This document shows positions 47,028 to 56,186 of a stretch of DNA of 64,000 bases, piece by piece; within the stretch, counting starts at the first letter, position 1, and each line of letters starts with the position of its first letter. Both the position numbers and the translations under genes were made by a program. The DNA is from Bacteroidales bacterium UBA1402. GTDB taxonomy: Bacteria > Bacteroidota > Bacteroidia > Bacteroidales > UBA1402. The DNA lies in assembly GCA_002305085.1 (NCBI GenBank), contig DBQE01000006.1, positions 76,139-140,138 of the forward strand, read 5' to 3'. The notes under the pieces were generated by a model, which worked only from the letters and a program-made list of their open reading frames with translations, did not search any database and was not told the DNA's origin.

Positions 47028-47462
47028 TCAGCGTTTATTTTGAAAAAAATCCCTGAGAAGTTGGGCGCTTTCGTCCGATAAAATACCTGAAATCACTTTG
47101 GTTTTGGGATGCAAAGCACCCGGGGCCTGCAGGCTGTATCCTTTTTTTTCGTCGGGGCAGGCGTAAATCAATTCTCCCAACTGAGACCAGGCGATGGCCC
47201 CGGCACACATCAGGCAGGGCTCCAGGGTAACGTAAAGGCTGCATTCCTGCAAATATTTACCGCCCAGGGTTGAGGCTGCCGCCGTAATGGCCTGCATTTC
47301 GGCGTGAGCCGTTACATCGTTCAGAGTTTCGGTCAGGTTATGCCCCCGCGCAATTACTCTGCCCTTGCATACCACGACGGCTCCCACGGGAACTTCGTTT
47401 TGTTCGTAAGCCAGCAAGGCTTCGTTCAGGGCCAGGCGCATGTATTTTTGGTGAAGACTCAT
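47028..47462 (-). CDS. tadA: Nucleoside deaminase (tRNA adenosine deaminase TadA-like)
   Basis: EVPVGAV, HAE and TLEPCLMCAGA. Confidence 0.88.
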   Translation of the reverse strand: MSLHQKYMRLALNEALLAYEQNEVPVGAVVVCKGRVIARGHNLTETLNDVTAHAEMQAITAAASTLGGKYLQECSLYVTLEPCLMCAGAIAWSQLGELIYACPDEKKGYSLQAPGALHPKTKVISGILSDESAQLLRDFFQNKR

Positions 47463-47726
47463 TCAATGCATTTCTTCCTCGTGAAACAGGGTGGGATAAT
47501 CCTTGTTGAACCTTTTTAGGATGGTTGTCATCAAAACGGTTCGAATTAAATGCGAGCGATTGCTTATGTTGTACTTTTCGCAATACGAAAGCAGGGCGTT
47601 GTATTCAGGCTCGTTAAGCGCAAATACAATCCGTTTGTTTCTGAGCCGGGGTTTTGATTTTGGCAGGACTTTTTTCCGGCCGCCTTTTTTCTTTCTCTTT
47701 TTGGAGGGATCCTTAGTTTTTTTCAT
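47463..47726 (-). CDS. Small basic conserved protein, possible ribbon-helix-helix fold
   Basis: Lys/Arg-rich N-terminus, then RIVFALNEPEYNALLSYCEKYNISNRSHLIR, ending DYPTLF. Abuts tadA. Confidence 0.7.
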   Translation of the reverse strand: MKKTKDPSKKRKKKGGRKKVLPKSKPRLRNKRIVFALNEPEYNALLSYCEKYNISNRSHLIRTVLMTTILKRFNKDYPTLFHEEEMH

Positions 47727-47782
47727 GAGCGAAGGCAGACAAGGTTTTGGATTTCAGACGCTAAATAAGGCTTTTTATTTGT

Positions 47783-48487
47783 CTATTGCAAATGCTTATC
47801 TGCTTTTGTGAAAAGAGAAAGCAAAATATACCAAACGACACACAAGGCAATGGCCTGCCAACCAATAAGCAATACAAGCACTATACAGCCGGACAGAAAG
47901 AAATACCTCAGGCGATTGTCGCTTATTGCGAAGCGCGAAAACTTCAGCGAAAACATGGGTATAGGCGATACCAACAACCAGGAAAACAGCAAGATAAGTA
48001 TAGGGATTGCCAAAGATAGTACCGGCAAATTGTATTCCTGTACGGCGGCAACACCAAAAGCCCAGAAAAGGGCATTGGCCGGAGTAGGGAGGCCTATAAA
48101 ACCCCGGCTTTGCCTATCGTCTATATTAAATTTAGCCAGCCTCAGAGCCGAAAACAGGGGAAGGATAAAAGCCGAGTAAGCCAATATATGTATGGTGTTT
48201 TCACTCAACAGGCCCGGAGTCAGATCGCGGTAATAGTTGAATACAATCATTGCCGGGGCTAGTCCGAAACTGATCACATCGGCCAGAGAATCGAGCTCTT
48301 TGCCCAGCGGAGAATAGGCCTTGAACAAGCGTGCGGCCAAGCCGTCCAGAAAGTCAAAAACGGCAGCCAGTGCTATGAGAGCCGCCGCTGCCGTGTAGGC
48401 TTTTTCGAATGCGAACACAATCGATAAGCAGCCTGCCAGGGCGTTTAGTAAGGTTATGACGTTGGGAAGATACTTAAACAGTTTCAT
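47783..48487 (-). CDS. pssA: CDP-diacylglycerol--serine O-phosphatidyltransferase
   Basis: PNVITLLN, DFLDGLAAR...GKELDSLAD, RLAKFN and FIGLPTPA. Start at 48487. Confidence 0.93.
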   Translation of the reverse strand: MKLFKYLPNVITLLNALAGCLSIVFAFEKAYTAAAALIALAAVFDFLDGLAARLFKAYSPLGKELDSLADVISFGLAPAMIVFNYYRDLTPGLLSENTIHILAYSAFILPLFSALRLAKFNIDDRQSRGFIGLPTPANALFWAFGVAAVQEYNLPVLSLAIPILILLFSWLLVSPIPMFSLKFSRFAISDNRLRYFFLSGCIVLVLLIGWQAIALCVVWYILLSLFTKADKHLQ

Positions 48488-49178
48488 TTCGTTCTTTGTC
48501 TTTAAAGCGGGCAATAACCGTTTTGTTGCCCTTAACACGTGCTCCCTGCTCAACAAACATATCAACAGATTCGAGAGGGAAAAACAAATCGACTCTGGAT
48601 CCGAATTTAATAAATCCCAAATGTTCGTTCAGCTTACAGCGTTTACCTGTATGGGCGTAAGTGACAATGCGTCTTGCCAGTGCCCCGGCAATTTGCCGGA
48701 CCAGAACGGTTTGCTGATTGTAGGCGGCACGGATAATAACGCTGGAACGTTCGTTTTCGCTGCTGGCTTTGGGCAACCAGGCCGCGTGGTAATTGCCGTT
48801 TCGATGGCTGTAATGGATCACTTTGCCGGCCAAAGGATACCAGTTGGCGTGTACGTCGGTGACAGACATAAAAATAGATACTTGCAGGCGTTTTTCTTTC
48901 AAGAGCAGATTTTCATAAACAGGCTCAACGACAACAACTTTTCCATCGGCCGGCGACACTATGTCGCCCGGATGACTTTGTTGATAGAAGCGTCGGGGAC
49001 TTCTAAAAAAATTAGTAAAAAAAAGAAATAAAACAGAAGAAATCACCAGGCTGATACTAAAAGTAATTCCACCGGCCAGAAAAAAAAGCAAAAGGTTGAT
49101 CGTAATCAATCCAAGAGCAACCGAAGATAAGAGCTTCCATCCCTCTTTATGAATGTATATCCTGAAAGGAATTTTCAT
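48474..49178 (-). CDS. psd: Phosphatidylserine decarboxylase proenzyme
   Basis: FFRSP, SPADGKV, SIFMS, QIAGALARRI and the FGSRVD cleavage site. Confidence 0.95.
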   Translation of the reverse strand: MKIPFRIYIHKEGWKLLSSVALGLITINLLLFFLAGGITFSISLVISSVLFLFFTNFFRSPRRFYQQSHPGDIVSPADGKVVVVEPVYENLLLKEKRLQVSIFMSVTDVHANWYPLAGKVIHYSHRNGNYHAAWLPKASSENERSSVIIRAAYNQQTVLVRQIAGALARRIVTYAHTGKRCKLNEHLGFIKFGSRVDLFFPLESVDMFVEQGARVKGNKTVIARFKDKERNETV

Positions 49179-49436
49179 CGGTAAACCTTAAAACCGCAAA
49201 AGTACAACAATATTTTTATTATGGAAATGCATCTGTTTATGGAGCTTTCCGAAGAATCTTCCGAAAAATTACGAAAAATAAGATTGATGTTACAAAAAAA
49301 TATGTAAGTTTGCTTCCTGAAGTTTGAGGATAGAGATACATCTTGCCCGATAAAGAGTTGTAAAGATAATTAATTAAGAAGCTATAAAACAAAGCGATAT
49401 AATTGCTGACATGTCTCATTTATTAAAATTTTTATT

Positions 49437-49925
49437 ATGAAAAAGACGCTTACATCTGTTTTGCTGGCCTCCTTACTGGCCATGTTTGTGAATTTTAATG
49501 CCAATGCCCTGGGTTCACCCCTGGAAAAAGGAACCATTGCCGCCACTGCTGCTCTTGGTTTCCAACCCGGAATGGGTGCCAGCTTGAGTGGTGAATACGT
49601 GCTTGTCGACTCCTGGTGGGAAGGCCATTTTGCCGTAGGTCTGGGAATACAGACGGTGGCTATTTCCTCCGAAGGTCTCAATTACAGTATTTTGCCAAAA
49701 GCAACTTACGGTATTTTTCTAACCGACGCTATTGAAGTACATGCCGGTGTTCAACTGGGCTTCGGACACAACAAAAACAGAGGCAATGGTTTTGCCTATG
49801 GCGGATTGCTGGGAGGCCGTTATTTCTTTAACGACACCATGGCTGCCGGTCTGGAATTGAATTACACCGGATGGGGCGCAGCCTATACCCCCTTCGTATC
49901 GCTGGGATACACCATTCTTTTCTAG
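49437..49925 (+). CDS. Small outer membrane beta-barrel protein
   Basis: Signal peptide, alternating amphipathic strands, GGRYFF, and C-terminal Phe (LGYTILF). Confidence 0.75.
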   Translation: MKKTLTSVLLASLLAMFVNFNANALGSPLEKGTIAATAALGFQPGMGASLSGEYVLVDSWWEGHFAVGLGIQTVAISSEGLNYSILPKATYGIFLTDAIEVHAGVQLGFGHNKNRGNGFAYGGLLGGRYFFNDTMAAGLELNYTGWGAAYTPFVSLGYTILF

Positions 49926-49949
49926 GCATTAACTAATTTATTTAAAGCG

Positions 49950-49984
49950 AAAAAAGCCTGCGAATTTTTCGCGGGCTTTTTTTT
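49950..49984 (+). terminator. Rho-independent terminator
   Basis: AAAAAAGCCTGCGAA-loop-TTCGCGGGCTTTTTTTT. Confidence 0.8.
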
Positions 49985-50083
49985 AACACAGATTTGGACG
50001 AAGTTTAATACATACTTGACCCGAATACGACAAATCGGCTTTATCTTTAAGGCTGGAAGTAACATTTTAATAAACAATTGATT

Positions 50084-53000
50084 ATGAGTTCATTCGTACA
50101 TCTACACGTGCATTCTCAGTATTCCATCCTCGATGGACAAGCCTCTATACAAGACTTGGTCGACAAAGCCGTCGCAAATAAAATGCCGGCCATAGCCCTG
50201 ACAGATCACGGTTGCATGTTTGGAGTGAAAGAGTTTCATAATTATGTTAAAGCAAAGAATGCCCAGTCGAAAACTCCCATAAAACCCATTATCGGTTGTG
50301 AAGTGTACGTTGCTCGCAACGGAAAAGAAATGCATCGCAAAGAGGTCAAAGAAGACGCTCGGGGCTGGCATCTGATTTTACTGGCCAAGAACTTTAAAGG
50401 CTATAAAAACCTCATAAAAATAGTTTCGCGCGCCTGGACCGACGGTTATTATTATTGTGCCAGAACCGATCACCGCGATCTGGAAACCTACCGGGAAGGT
50501 TTGATAGCCTGTTCAGCCTGCCTGGGCGGTGAAATTCCCAGCCATATACTCAACGGCAACCTGGAACAGGCTGAGCAATCGGTACGTTGGTTTAAAAAAG
50601 TGTTCGGCGATGATTTTTATCTGGAACTGCAACGTCATAAACCCACGGTAGCCAATGCGGCTCAGGATACCTATCCCAAGCAACAATTGGTAAACAAGCA
50701 TTTGATTGAACTGGCTCAAAAATACCAGGTAAAACTTATTGCCAGCAACGACGTGCATTTTGTCGATGAAGACCATGCCGAAGCACATCACCGGCTTATT
50801 TGCCTGAACACAGGCAACGACGTGGACGATTACAGCAAAATGGCCTATACTAAACAGGAATGGTTCAAAACCGTCGAAGAAATGCAGGCTGTTTTTCACG
50901 ATTTGCCCCAGGTGCTTGAGAACACGCTGGAAGTAGCCGAAAAGGTGGAATATTACGATATCAACCACGAACCCATTATGCCCGACTTCCCCAAACCCGA
51001 GGGCTTCGACGACGATAACGAATACCTGCGTTTCCTCACCTACAAGGGAGCCGAGAAGGTCTATCCCGATATGAATGAAGAAGTTCGTGAACGACTCGAA
51101 TTTGAACTGGAGGTAATCAAGAACATGGGTTATCCGGGCTATTTTCTTATCGTACAGGATTTTACCACAGCCGCCCGGAATATGGGCGTTTCGGTGGGGC
51201 CGGGTCGGGGTTCGGCCGCCGGTTCGGCTGTGGCCTACTGCCTGGGCATTACCAAGGTGGATCCCATCAAATACGATTTGCTGTTTGAGCGTTTTCTCAA
51301 TCCCGAACGGATTTCTTTGCCCGATATCGACATCGACTTCGACGACGACGGAAGAAACGCTGTTTTACGCTGGGTAGAAGATCGTTACGGCAAAGAGAAG
51401 GTGGCTCATATCATCACCTACGGCACCATGGCCTCCAAATCGGCCATCAAAGATGTAGCCAGGGTACAAAAATTGCCGCTCTCCGAATCGGATCGTTTAT
51501 CCAAGCTGGTTCCCGATAAAATTACGGATCCGGCCGATTCCCAGAGGCGCCTAAAGGTCAATCTGAAAAACGCCATCGCTTATGTGCCGGAACTCAAGGA
51601 GGCCGCCGAATCGGACGATCCCGCCTTGCGCGACACCATGAAATACGCCCAGCAGCTCGAAGGCACCGTTCGCAATACCGGAGTTCATGCCTGCGGGGTG
51701 ATTATAAGCCGCGACGACATTTCCGATTGGGTGCCTGTGAGCACGGCCGAAGACAAAGAAACCGGCGAAAAATTGTTGGTGACCCAGTTCGACGGTTCTG
51801 TCATCGAAGATACGGGATTGATCAAAATGGACTTTTTGGGTTTGAAAACCCTATCCATCATTAAGGATGCCGTCGAGAATATCCGTTTGTCACGGGGCAT
51901 CACGATAGATATCGACAACATATCGCTCGAGGACGAAAAAACCTATGAACTCTACAGTGAAGGCAAAACCGTGGGTACTTTCCAGTTTGAATCGGCCGGT
52001 ATGCAAAAATACCTGCGCGATTTGAAGCCTTCCAAGTTCGAAGACCTCATTGCTATGAATGCCCTCTACCGGCCCGGTCCCATGGATTATATTCCTCAGT
52101 TCATTGCCCGCAAGCACGGCAGTGAAGCCATAGAGTACGACCTTCCGGTGATGGAACGTTACCTGAAAGACACCTACGGTATTACCGTCTATCAGGAACA
52201 GGTGATGTTGCTGTCCAGATTGCTGGCCGGTTTCAGTCGGGGAGAATCCGACGAGCTGCGCAAGGCTATGGGCAAAAAGATCCGGGAACAACTCGACAAA
52301 CTCAGGCCTAAATTTATTGAGGGAGGCAAGAAAAACGGCTACGACGAAGGCATACTCGACAAGATCTGGGCCGATTGGGAAAAGTTTGCCTCCTATGCTT
52401 TCAATAAATCTCATGCCACCTGTTATTCTCTGGTGGCCTACCAAACAGCCTGGCTAAAAGCCAATTATCCTTCGGAATACATGGCTGCGGTACTGAGTCG
52501 CAGTGTAAATAACATAAGCGATATCACCAAATTTATGGACGAATGCCGTTCTATGGGAATCCAGGTGTTGGGACCCGACATCAACGAGTCCAATTATCAG
52601 TTTACGGTAAATAAGCAAGGCAACATCCGTTTTGGTCTCGGGGCCATCAAAGGCATGGGAGAGGGCGCAGTTAAAGCCATAGTCGAAGAACGCGCCAACA
52701 AGCCCTACGATTCCGTCTTCGATTTGGTTGAACGGGTAAACCTGAATGCCTGTACCCGCAAAAATATCGAAGTCATGGCTTTGGCCGGAGCTTTCGACAG
52801 TCTGGGAGAAATACAAAGGGAGCAATTTTTTGCCGAAAACGACAAAGGCGAAGTTTTTCTGGACGTTTTAATGCGTTACGGCAACAGAATTCAGTTGGAC
52901 AGGGCCAGTAATCAAAACACCCTGTTTGGAGGCGAAATGGAGGTGGCCATTACCCGCCCGGATATTCCCAGGGCGGAGAGCTGGTCGGAACTGGAACGTC

Positions 53001-53638
53001 TCAATCGTGAAAAAGAATACGTCGGGATGTACCTTTCGTCGCATCCCCTGGACGAATATTCGGTTTTTATGAAATACGTTTGCAACACCACCATAGAAGA
53101 CATCAAGCTGAGCAAACTGGAACTCAACAAAGAAGTACAATTTGCCGGCATAGTGACCGAAGTACGCGAAAAACGTAAGCAAAACGGCGATCCTTACGCC
53201 TTTGTAACCATCGAAGATTATACGGCTAGTGTTGAGCTTCCATTTTGGAGCCGCGAGTATGTGGATTTTGGGAAATACCTCAAAAAAGATATGTTTTTGG
53301 CCTTCAGGGGGGTCTACCAGCCCAGGCCTTGGAAAGCTTCCGAAAATGAACTGAAAATTAATTCAATTTCTTTGCTTTCGGAGGCGGCCGATAATGCTAT
53401 CCATAAAATTCAGATCACTATTCCTCTGCATCTGATTAGTAATGAATTTACCCGGCGTTTTCTGTCAATGATCAATAAAAAACCGGGTAAGTCTCTGTTG
53501 TACATCACTGTATACGATCCGGACAACCAGCCCAAACTCCATGCTTCTTTGTTTTCGAGGAATTATCGCATCCAGGTCGACAAGGAAATAACAGACTTTC
53601 TGGAAGAAAGCGGTGAGATTGAAATAAAAATGAATTAA
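50084..53638 (+). CDS. dnaE: DNA polymerase III alpha subunit
   Basis: PHP domain HLHVHSQYS...TDHG, GPGRGSAAGS, PDIDIDF, KMDFLGL and AFNKSH. Clamp-binding motif QNTLF. Confidence 0.98.
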   Translation: MSSFVHLHVHSQYSILDGQASIQDLVDKAVANKMPAIALTDHGCMFGVKEFHNYVKAKNAQSKTPIKPIIGCEVYVARNGKEMHRKEVKEDARGWHLILLAKNFKGYKNLIKIVSRAWTDGYYYCARTDHRDLETYREGLIACSACLGGEIPSHILNGNLEQAEQSVRWFKKVFGDDFYLELQRHKPTVANAAQDTYPKQQLVNKHLIELAQKYQVKLIASNDVHFVDEDHAEAHHRLICLNTGNDVDDYSKMAYTKQEWFKTVEEMQAVFHDLPQVLENTLEVAEKVEYYDINHEPIMPDFPKPEGFDDDNEYLRFLTYKGAEKVYPDMNEEVRERLEFELEVIKNMGYPGYFLIVQDFTTAARNMGVSVGPGRGSAAGSAVAYCLGITKVDPIKYDLLFERFLNPERISLPDIDIDFDDDGRNAVLRWVEDRYGKEKVAHIITYGTMASKSAIKDVARVQKLPLSESDRLSKLVPDKITDPADSQRRLKVNLKNAIAYVPELKEAAESDDPALRDTMKYAQQLEGTVRNTGVHACGVIISRDDISDWVPVSTAEDKETGEKLLVTQFDGSVIEDTGLIKMDFLGLKTLSIIKDAVENIRLSRGITIDIDNISLEDEKTYELYSEGKTVGTFQFESAGMQKYLRDLKPSKFEDLIAMNALYRPGPMDYIPQFIARKHGSEAIEYDLPVMERYLKDTYGITVYQEQVMLLSRLLAGFSRGESDELRKAMGKKIREQLDKLRPKFIEGGKKNGYDEGILDKIWADWEKFASYAFNKSHATCYSLVAYQTAWLKANYPSEYMAAVLSRSVNNISDITKFMDECRSMGIQVLGPDINESNYQFTVNKQGNIRFGLGAIKGMGEGAVKAIVEERANKPYDSVFDLVERVNLNACTRKNIEVMALAGAFDSLGEIQREQFFAENDKGEVFLDVLMRYGNRIQLDRASNQNTLFGGEMEVAITRPDIPRAESWSELERLNREKEYVGMYLSSHPLDEYSVFMKYVCNTTIEDIKLSKLELNKEVQFAGIVTEVREKRKQNGDPYAFVTIEDYTASVELPFWSREYVDFGKYLKKDMFLAFRGVYQPRPWKASENELKINSISLLSEAADNAIHKIQITIPLHLISNEFTRRFLSMINKKPGKSLLYITVYDPDNQPKLHASLFSRNYRIQVDKEITDFLEESGEIEIKMN

Positions 53639-53730
53639 CAGTATATAACGTGGTTTTTTTTATAACTTTGTGACAAATAATAGTCATGCTCCGACGTTAT
53701 AATGTATAAGGAAATTAAAATACGAATCAT

Positions 53731-54045
53731 ATGGCATTGGAAATAACAGACTCGAATTTTGAGGAATATCTTTCCTCCGGTAAAGCTTTAGTAGTCGATT
53801 TTTGGGCGCCCTGGTGCGGACCCTGCAGAATGGTAGGCCCGATCATCGAAGAATTAGCTGATGAATACGCCGACCGGGTAAACATCGGTAAGATGAACGT
53901 GGACGAGAACAACGATGTTTGCGTTCGTTTCGGCATCAGAAACATTCCGACCATCTTGTTTTTTAAACAAGGACAATTGGTAAACAAACAAGTGGGAGCC
54001 ATCCAAAAAAGTGCATTGGCACAGAAAGTTGAGGCATTGCTTTAA
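53731..54045 (+). CDS. trxA: Thioredoxin
   Basis: WCGPC active site. -7 box TAACTTTG at 53663-53670. Confidence 0.97.
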   Translation: MALEITDSNFEEYLSSGKALVVDFWAPWCGPCRMVGPIIEELADEYADRVNIGKMNVDENNDVCVRFGIRNIPTILFFKQGQLVNKQVGAIQKSALAQKVEALL

Positions 54046-55589
54046 TGAGAAAAGAAAGGCTGCTTTGGGCCGACGACGAAATTGATTTACTCAAACCTCA
54101 TATTCTTTTCCTCGAAGAAAAAGGCTATGAGCTGGTTACGGCCACCAATGGCCAGGACGCCCTGGATTTGTGCCGCAGCCAGGTTTTTGACCTGGTTTTT
54201 CTCGATGAAAATATGCCCGGACTCAGTGGCCTTGAAACCCTCAACGCCATCAAGGAACTCTATCCTTCCTTGCCTATTGTTATGATTACCAAGAGCGAGG
54301 AGGAGGATATCATGGACCAGGCCATAGGCAGCAAGATCTCCGATTACCTTATCAAGCCGGTCAATCCCAATCAGATATTGTTGACCATCAAAAAAAACCT
54401 TCACAAAAACGAAATTATTTCCGGGACGGTCACAGCCGATTACCAGCAGCGTTTTAGGGAAATTGCCCTGCAAATAGAAGAGGCTTCGGGCGAAGAAGAC
54501 TGGAAAGAAGTTTACAAAAAATTGGTGTTTTGGGAACTGGAGCTGGCCGGAACCAAAAACGCCCTGGACGAAGTCCTGCTGATGCAAAAAAACGAAGCCA
54601 ACCGGCTTTTTGCCCGTTTTGTGTCCCGCCATTATGCCCGTTGGATGGAAGGTTCTCCGGATCGTCCTTTGATGAGTCCCGATTTGTTTCGCGAAAAAGT
54701 CTTTCCCTTGCTCGACGAGGGCGAGAAGGTCTGGTTCATATTGATCGATAATTTCCGTTTCGATCAGTGGAGAATGCTCAAACCTCAAATAGGGCAGTGG
54801 TTCAGTATGGATGAACAGCTGTATTTCAGTATTTTACCTACTGCTACTCAATACGCCCGGAACGCCGTTTTTTCGGGGCTTTATCCTTTGCAGATTCAGC
54901 AAATGTTTCCGGAACTATGGGTAGACGAAGACGAAGAAGAGGGCAAAAATCTCAACGAAGCCCCCCTGATTCAATCCCAACTGGAACGCTACCGCAAGAA
55001 ATATAAGTTCAGCTACCATAAAATCAACGATAATTCGGCCGGCGAAAAATTGTTGGCCAACTTGCAGAGCTATATGGATAATCCGCTTAATGTGGTGGTG
55101 TTCAATTTTATAGATATGTTGTCGCACGCTCGTACAGAATCGAGGATGATAAGGGAACTGGCCAACGACGAAGCGGCTTACCGTTCACTCACCGAATCCT
55201 GGTACAAGCATTCTTCCATGGCCGGATTGCTCGATTATCTTTCGCAACAAAGTTGCAAAGTGATACTGACCACCGACCACGGCACCATCAGAGTGGATAA
55301 TCCGGTCAAGGTGGTGGGCGATCGCAACACCAATACCAACTTGCGTTATAAATTGGGCAGAACCCTCGAATACAATCCCCGGCAGGTATACGAAATCAAA
55401 AACCCCCTGCAATACAAACTGCCTAGCCCCAACCTGAGCACCACCTATATTTTTGCCCAACACAACGATTATTTTGTCTACCCCAACAACTACAATTACT
55501 ATGCTTCGTACTACAAGCATACTTTTCAGCACGGCGGTATTTCGCTCGAAGAAATGGTAGTTCCGTTTATTTTGTTGGATTCCAAATAA
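54045..55589 (+). CDS. porX: T9SS response regulator PorX (receiver plus PglZ domain)
   Basis: Receiver domain (WADDEID, FLDENMPG) and PglZ motifs IDNFRFDQW, SILPTATQYARN, TTDHG and FQHGGISLEEM. Confidence 0.93.
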   Translation: MRKERLLWADDEIDLLKPHILFLEEKGYELVTATNGQDALDLCRSQVFDLVFLDENMPGLSGLETLNAIKELYPSLPIVMITKSEEEDIMDQAIGSKISDYLIKPVNPNQILLTIKKNLHKNEIISGTVTADYQQRFREIALQIEEASGEEDWKEVYKKLVFWELELAGTKNALDEVLLMQKNEANRLFARFVSRHYARWMEGSPDRPLMSPDLFREKVFPLLDEGEKVWFILIDNFRFDQWRMLKPQIGQWFSMDEQLYFSILPTATQYARNAVFSGLYPLQIQQMFPELWVDEDEEEGKNLNEAPLIQSQLERYRKKYKFSYHKINDNSAGEKLLANLQSYMDNPLNVVVFNFIDMLSHARTESRMIRELANDEAAYRSLTESWYKHSSMAGLLDYLSQQSCKVILTTDHGTIRVDNPVKVVGDRNTNTNLRYKLGRTLEYNPRQVYEIKNPLQYKLPSPNLSTTYIFAQHNDYFVYPNNYNYYASYYKHTFQHGGISLEEMVVPFILLDSK

Positions 55590-55591
55590 AT

Positions 55592-56014
55592 ATGTTGCCC
55601 ATCGAATTTCAATTATCCGGTATACAGGAGGCAGCTCGCCTGTTGCTGAACAATTTTCCGGATCGCAGGGTCTTCGCTTTTTACGGCGGCATGGGAGCCG
55701 GCAAAACAACATTTATCCAGGCACTCTGCCGCCGGCTGGGCGTGAAAAGCTCCGTAAACAGTCCCAGTTTTGCCCTGATCAACGAATACCCCCTCGACAA
55801 GGTCGATGCGGTCTATCATTTTGATTTTTATCGCATCAACAAACTACAGGAAGCTTACAGCATAGGCAGCGAAGACTATTTCTACAGCGGAAATTACTGT
55901 TTTATCGAATGGCCCGAAAAAATAGAAGAACTACTGCCCGAAGACTGCGTTAAAATCGAGCTGACCGTGCTCGAGACGGGAGTGCGTCGTCTCAGTCTTA
56001 AGCAGGGCTTGTAG
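55592..56014 (+). CDS. tsaE: tRNA threonylcarbamoyladenosine biosynthesis ATPase
   Basis: GGMGAGKTT, SPSFALINEY, YHFDFYR and IEWPE. Confidence 0.96.
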   Translation: MLPIEFQLSGIQEAARLLLNNFPDRRVFAFYGGMGAGKTTFIQALCRRLGVKSSVNSPSFALINEYPLDKVDAVYHFDFYRINKLQEAYSIGSEDYFYSGNYCFIEWPEKIEELLPEDCVKIELTVLETGVRRLSLKQGL

Positions 56015-56017
56015 AAA

Positions 56018-56186
56018 GGTTCGGGCCTGTAGGGTTGTAGGCTTGCCCGGACTTGTGGGATGGCTGAGGCTTATAGGATTGTTCAGGCTAATAGAATGGC
56101 CGGGCCGCAGGATGGCTGAGGTATGCGGAATGCTCGTACTTGTAGGATCGCTCAGGATAGTGGGGTTCCTAAGGATAGTGAGTTTC
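56018..56186 (-). repeat. Degenerate ~18-bp tandem array starting at the last 18 bp of the porW-like gene
   Basis: Minus strand: gaaactcactatccttag (gene end) / gaaccccactatcctgag / cgatcctacaagtacgag / cattccgcatacctcag / ccatcctgcggcccgg / ccattctattagcctgaa / caatcctataagcctcag / ccatcccacaagtccggg. Confidence 0.8.
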
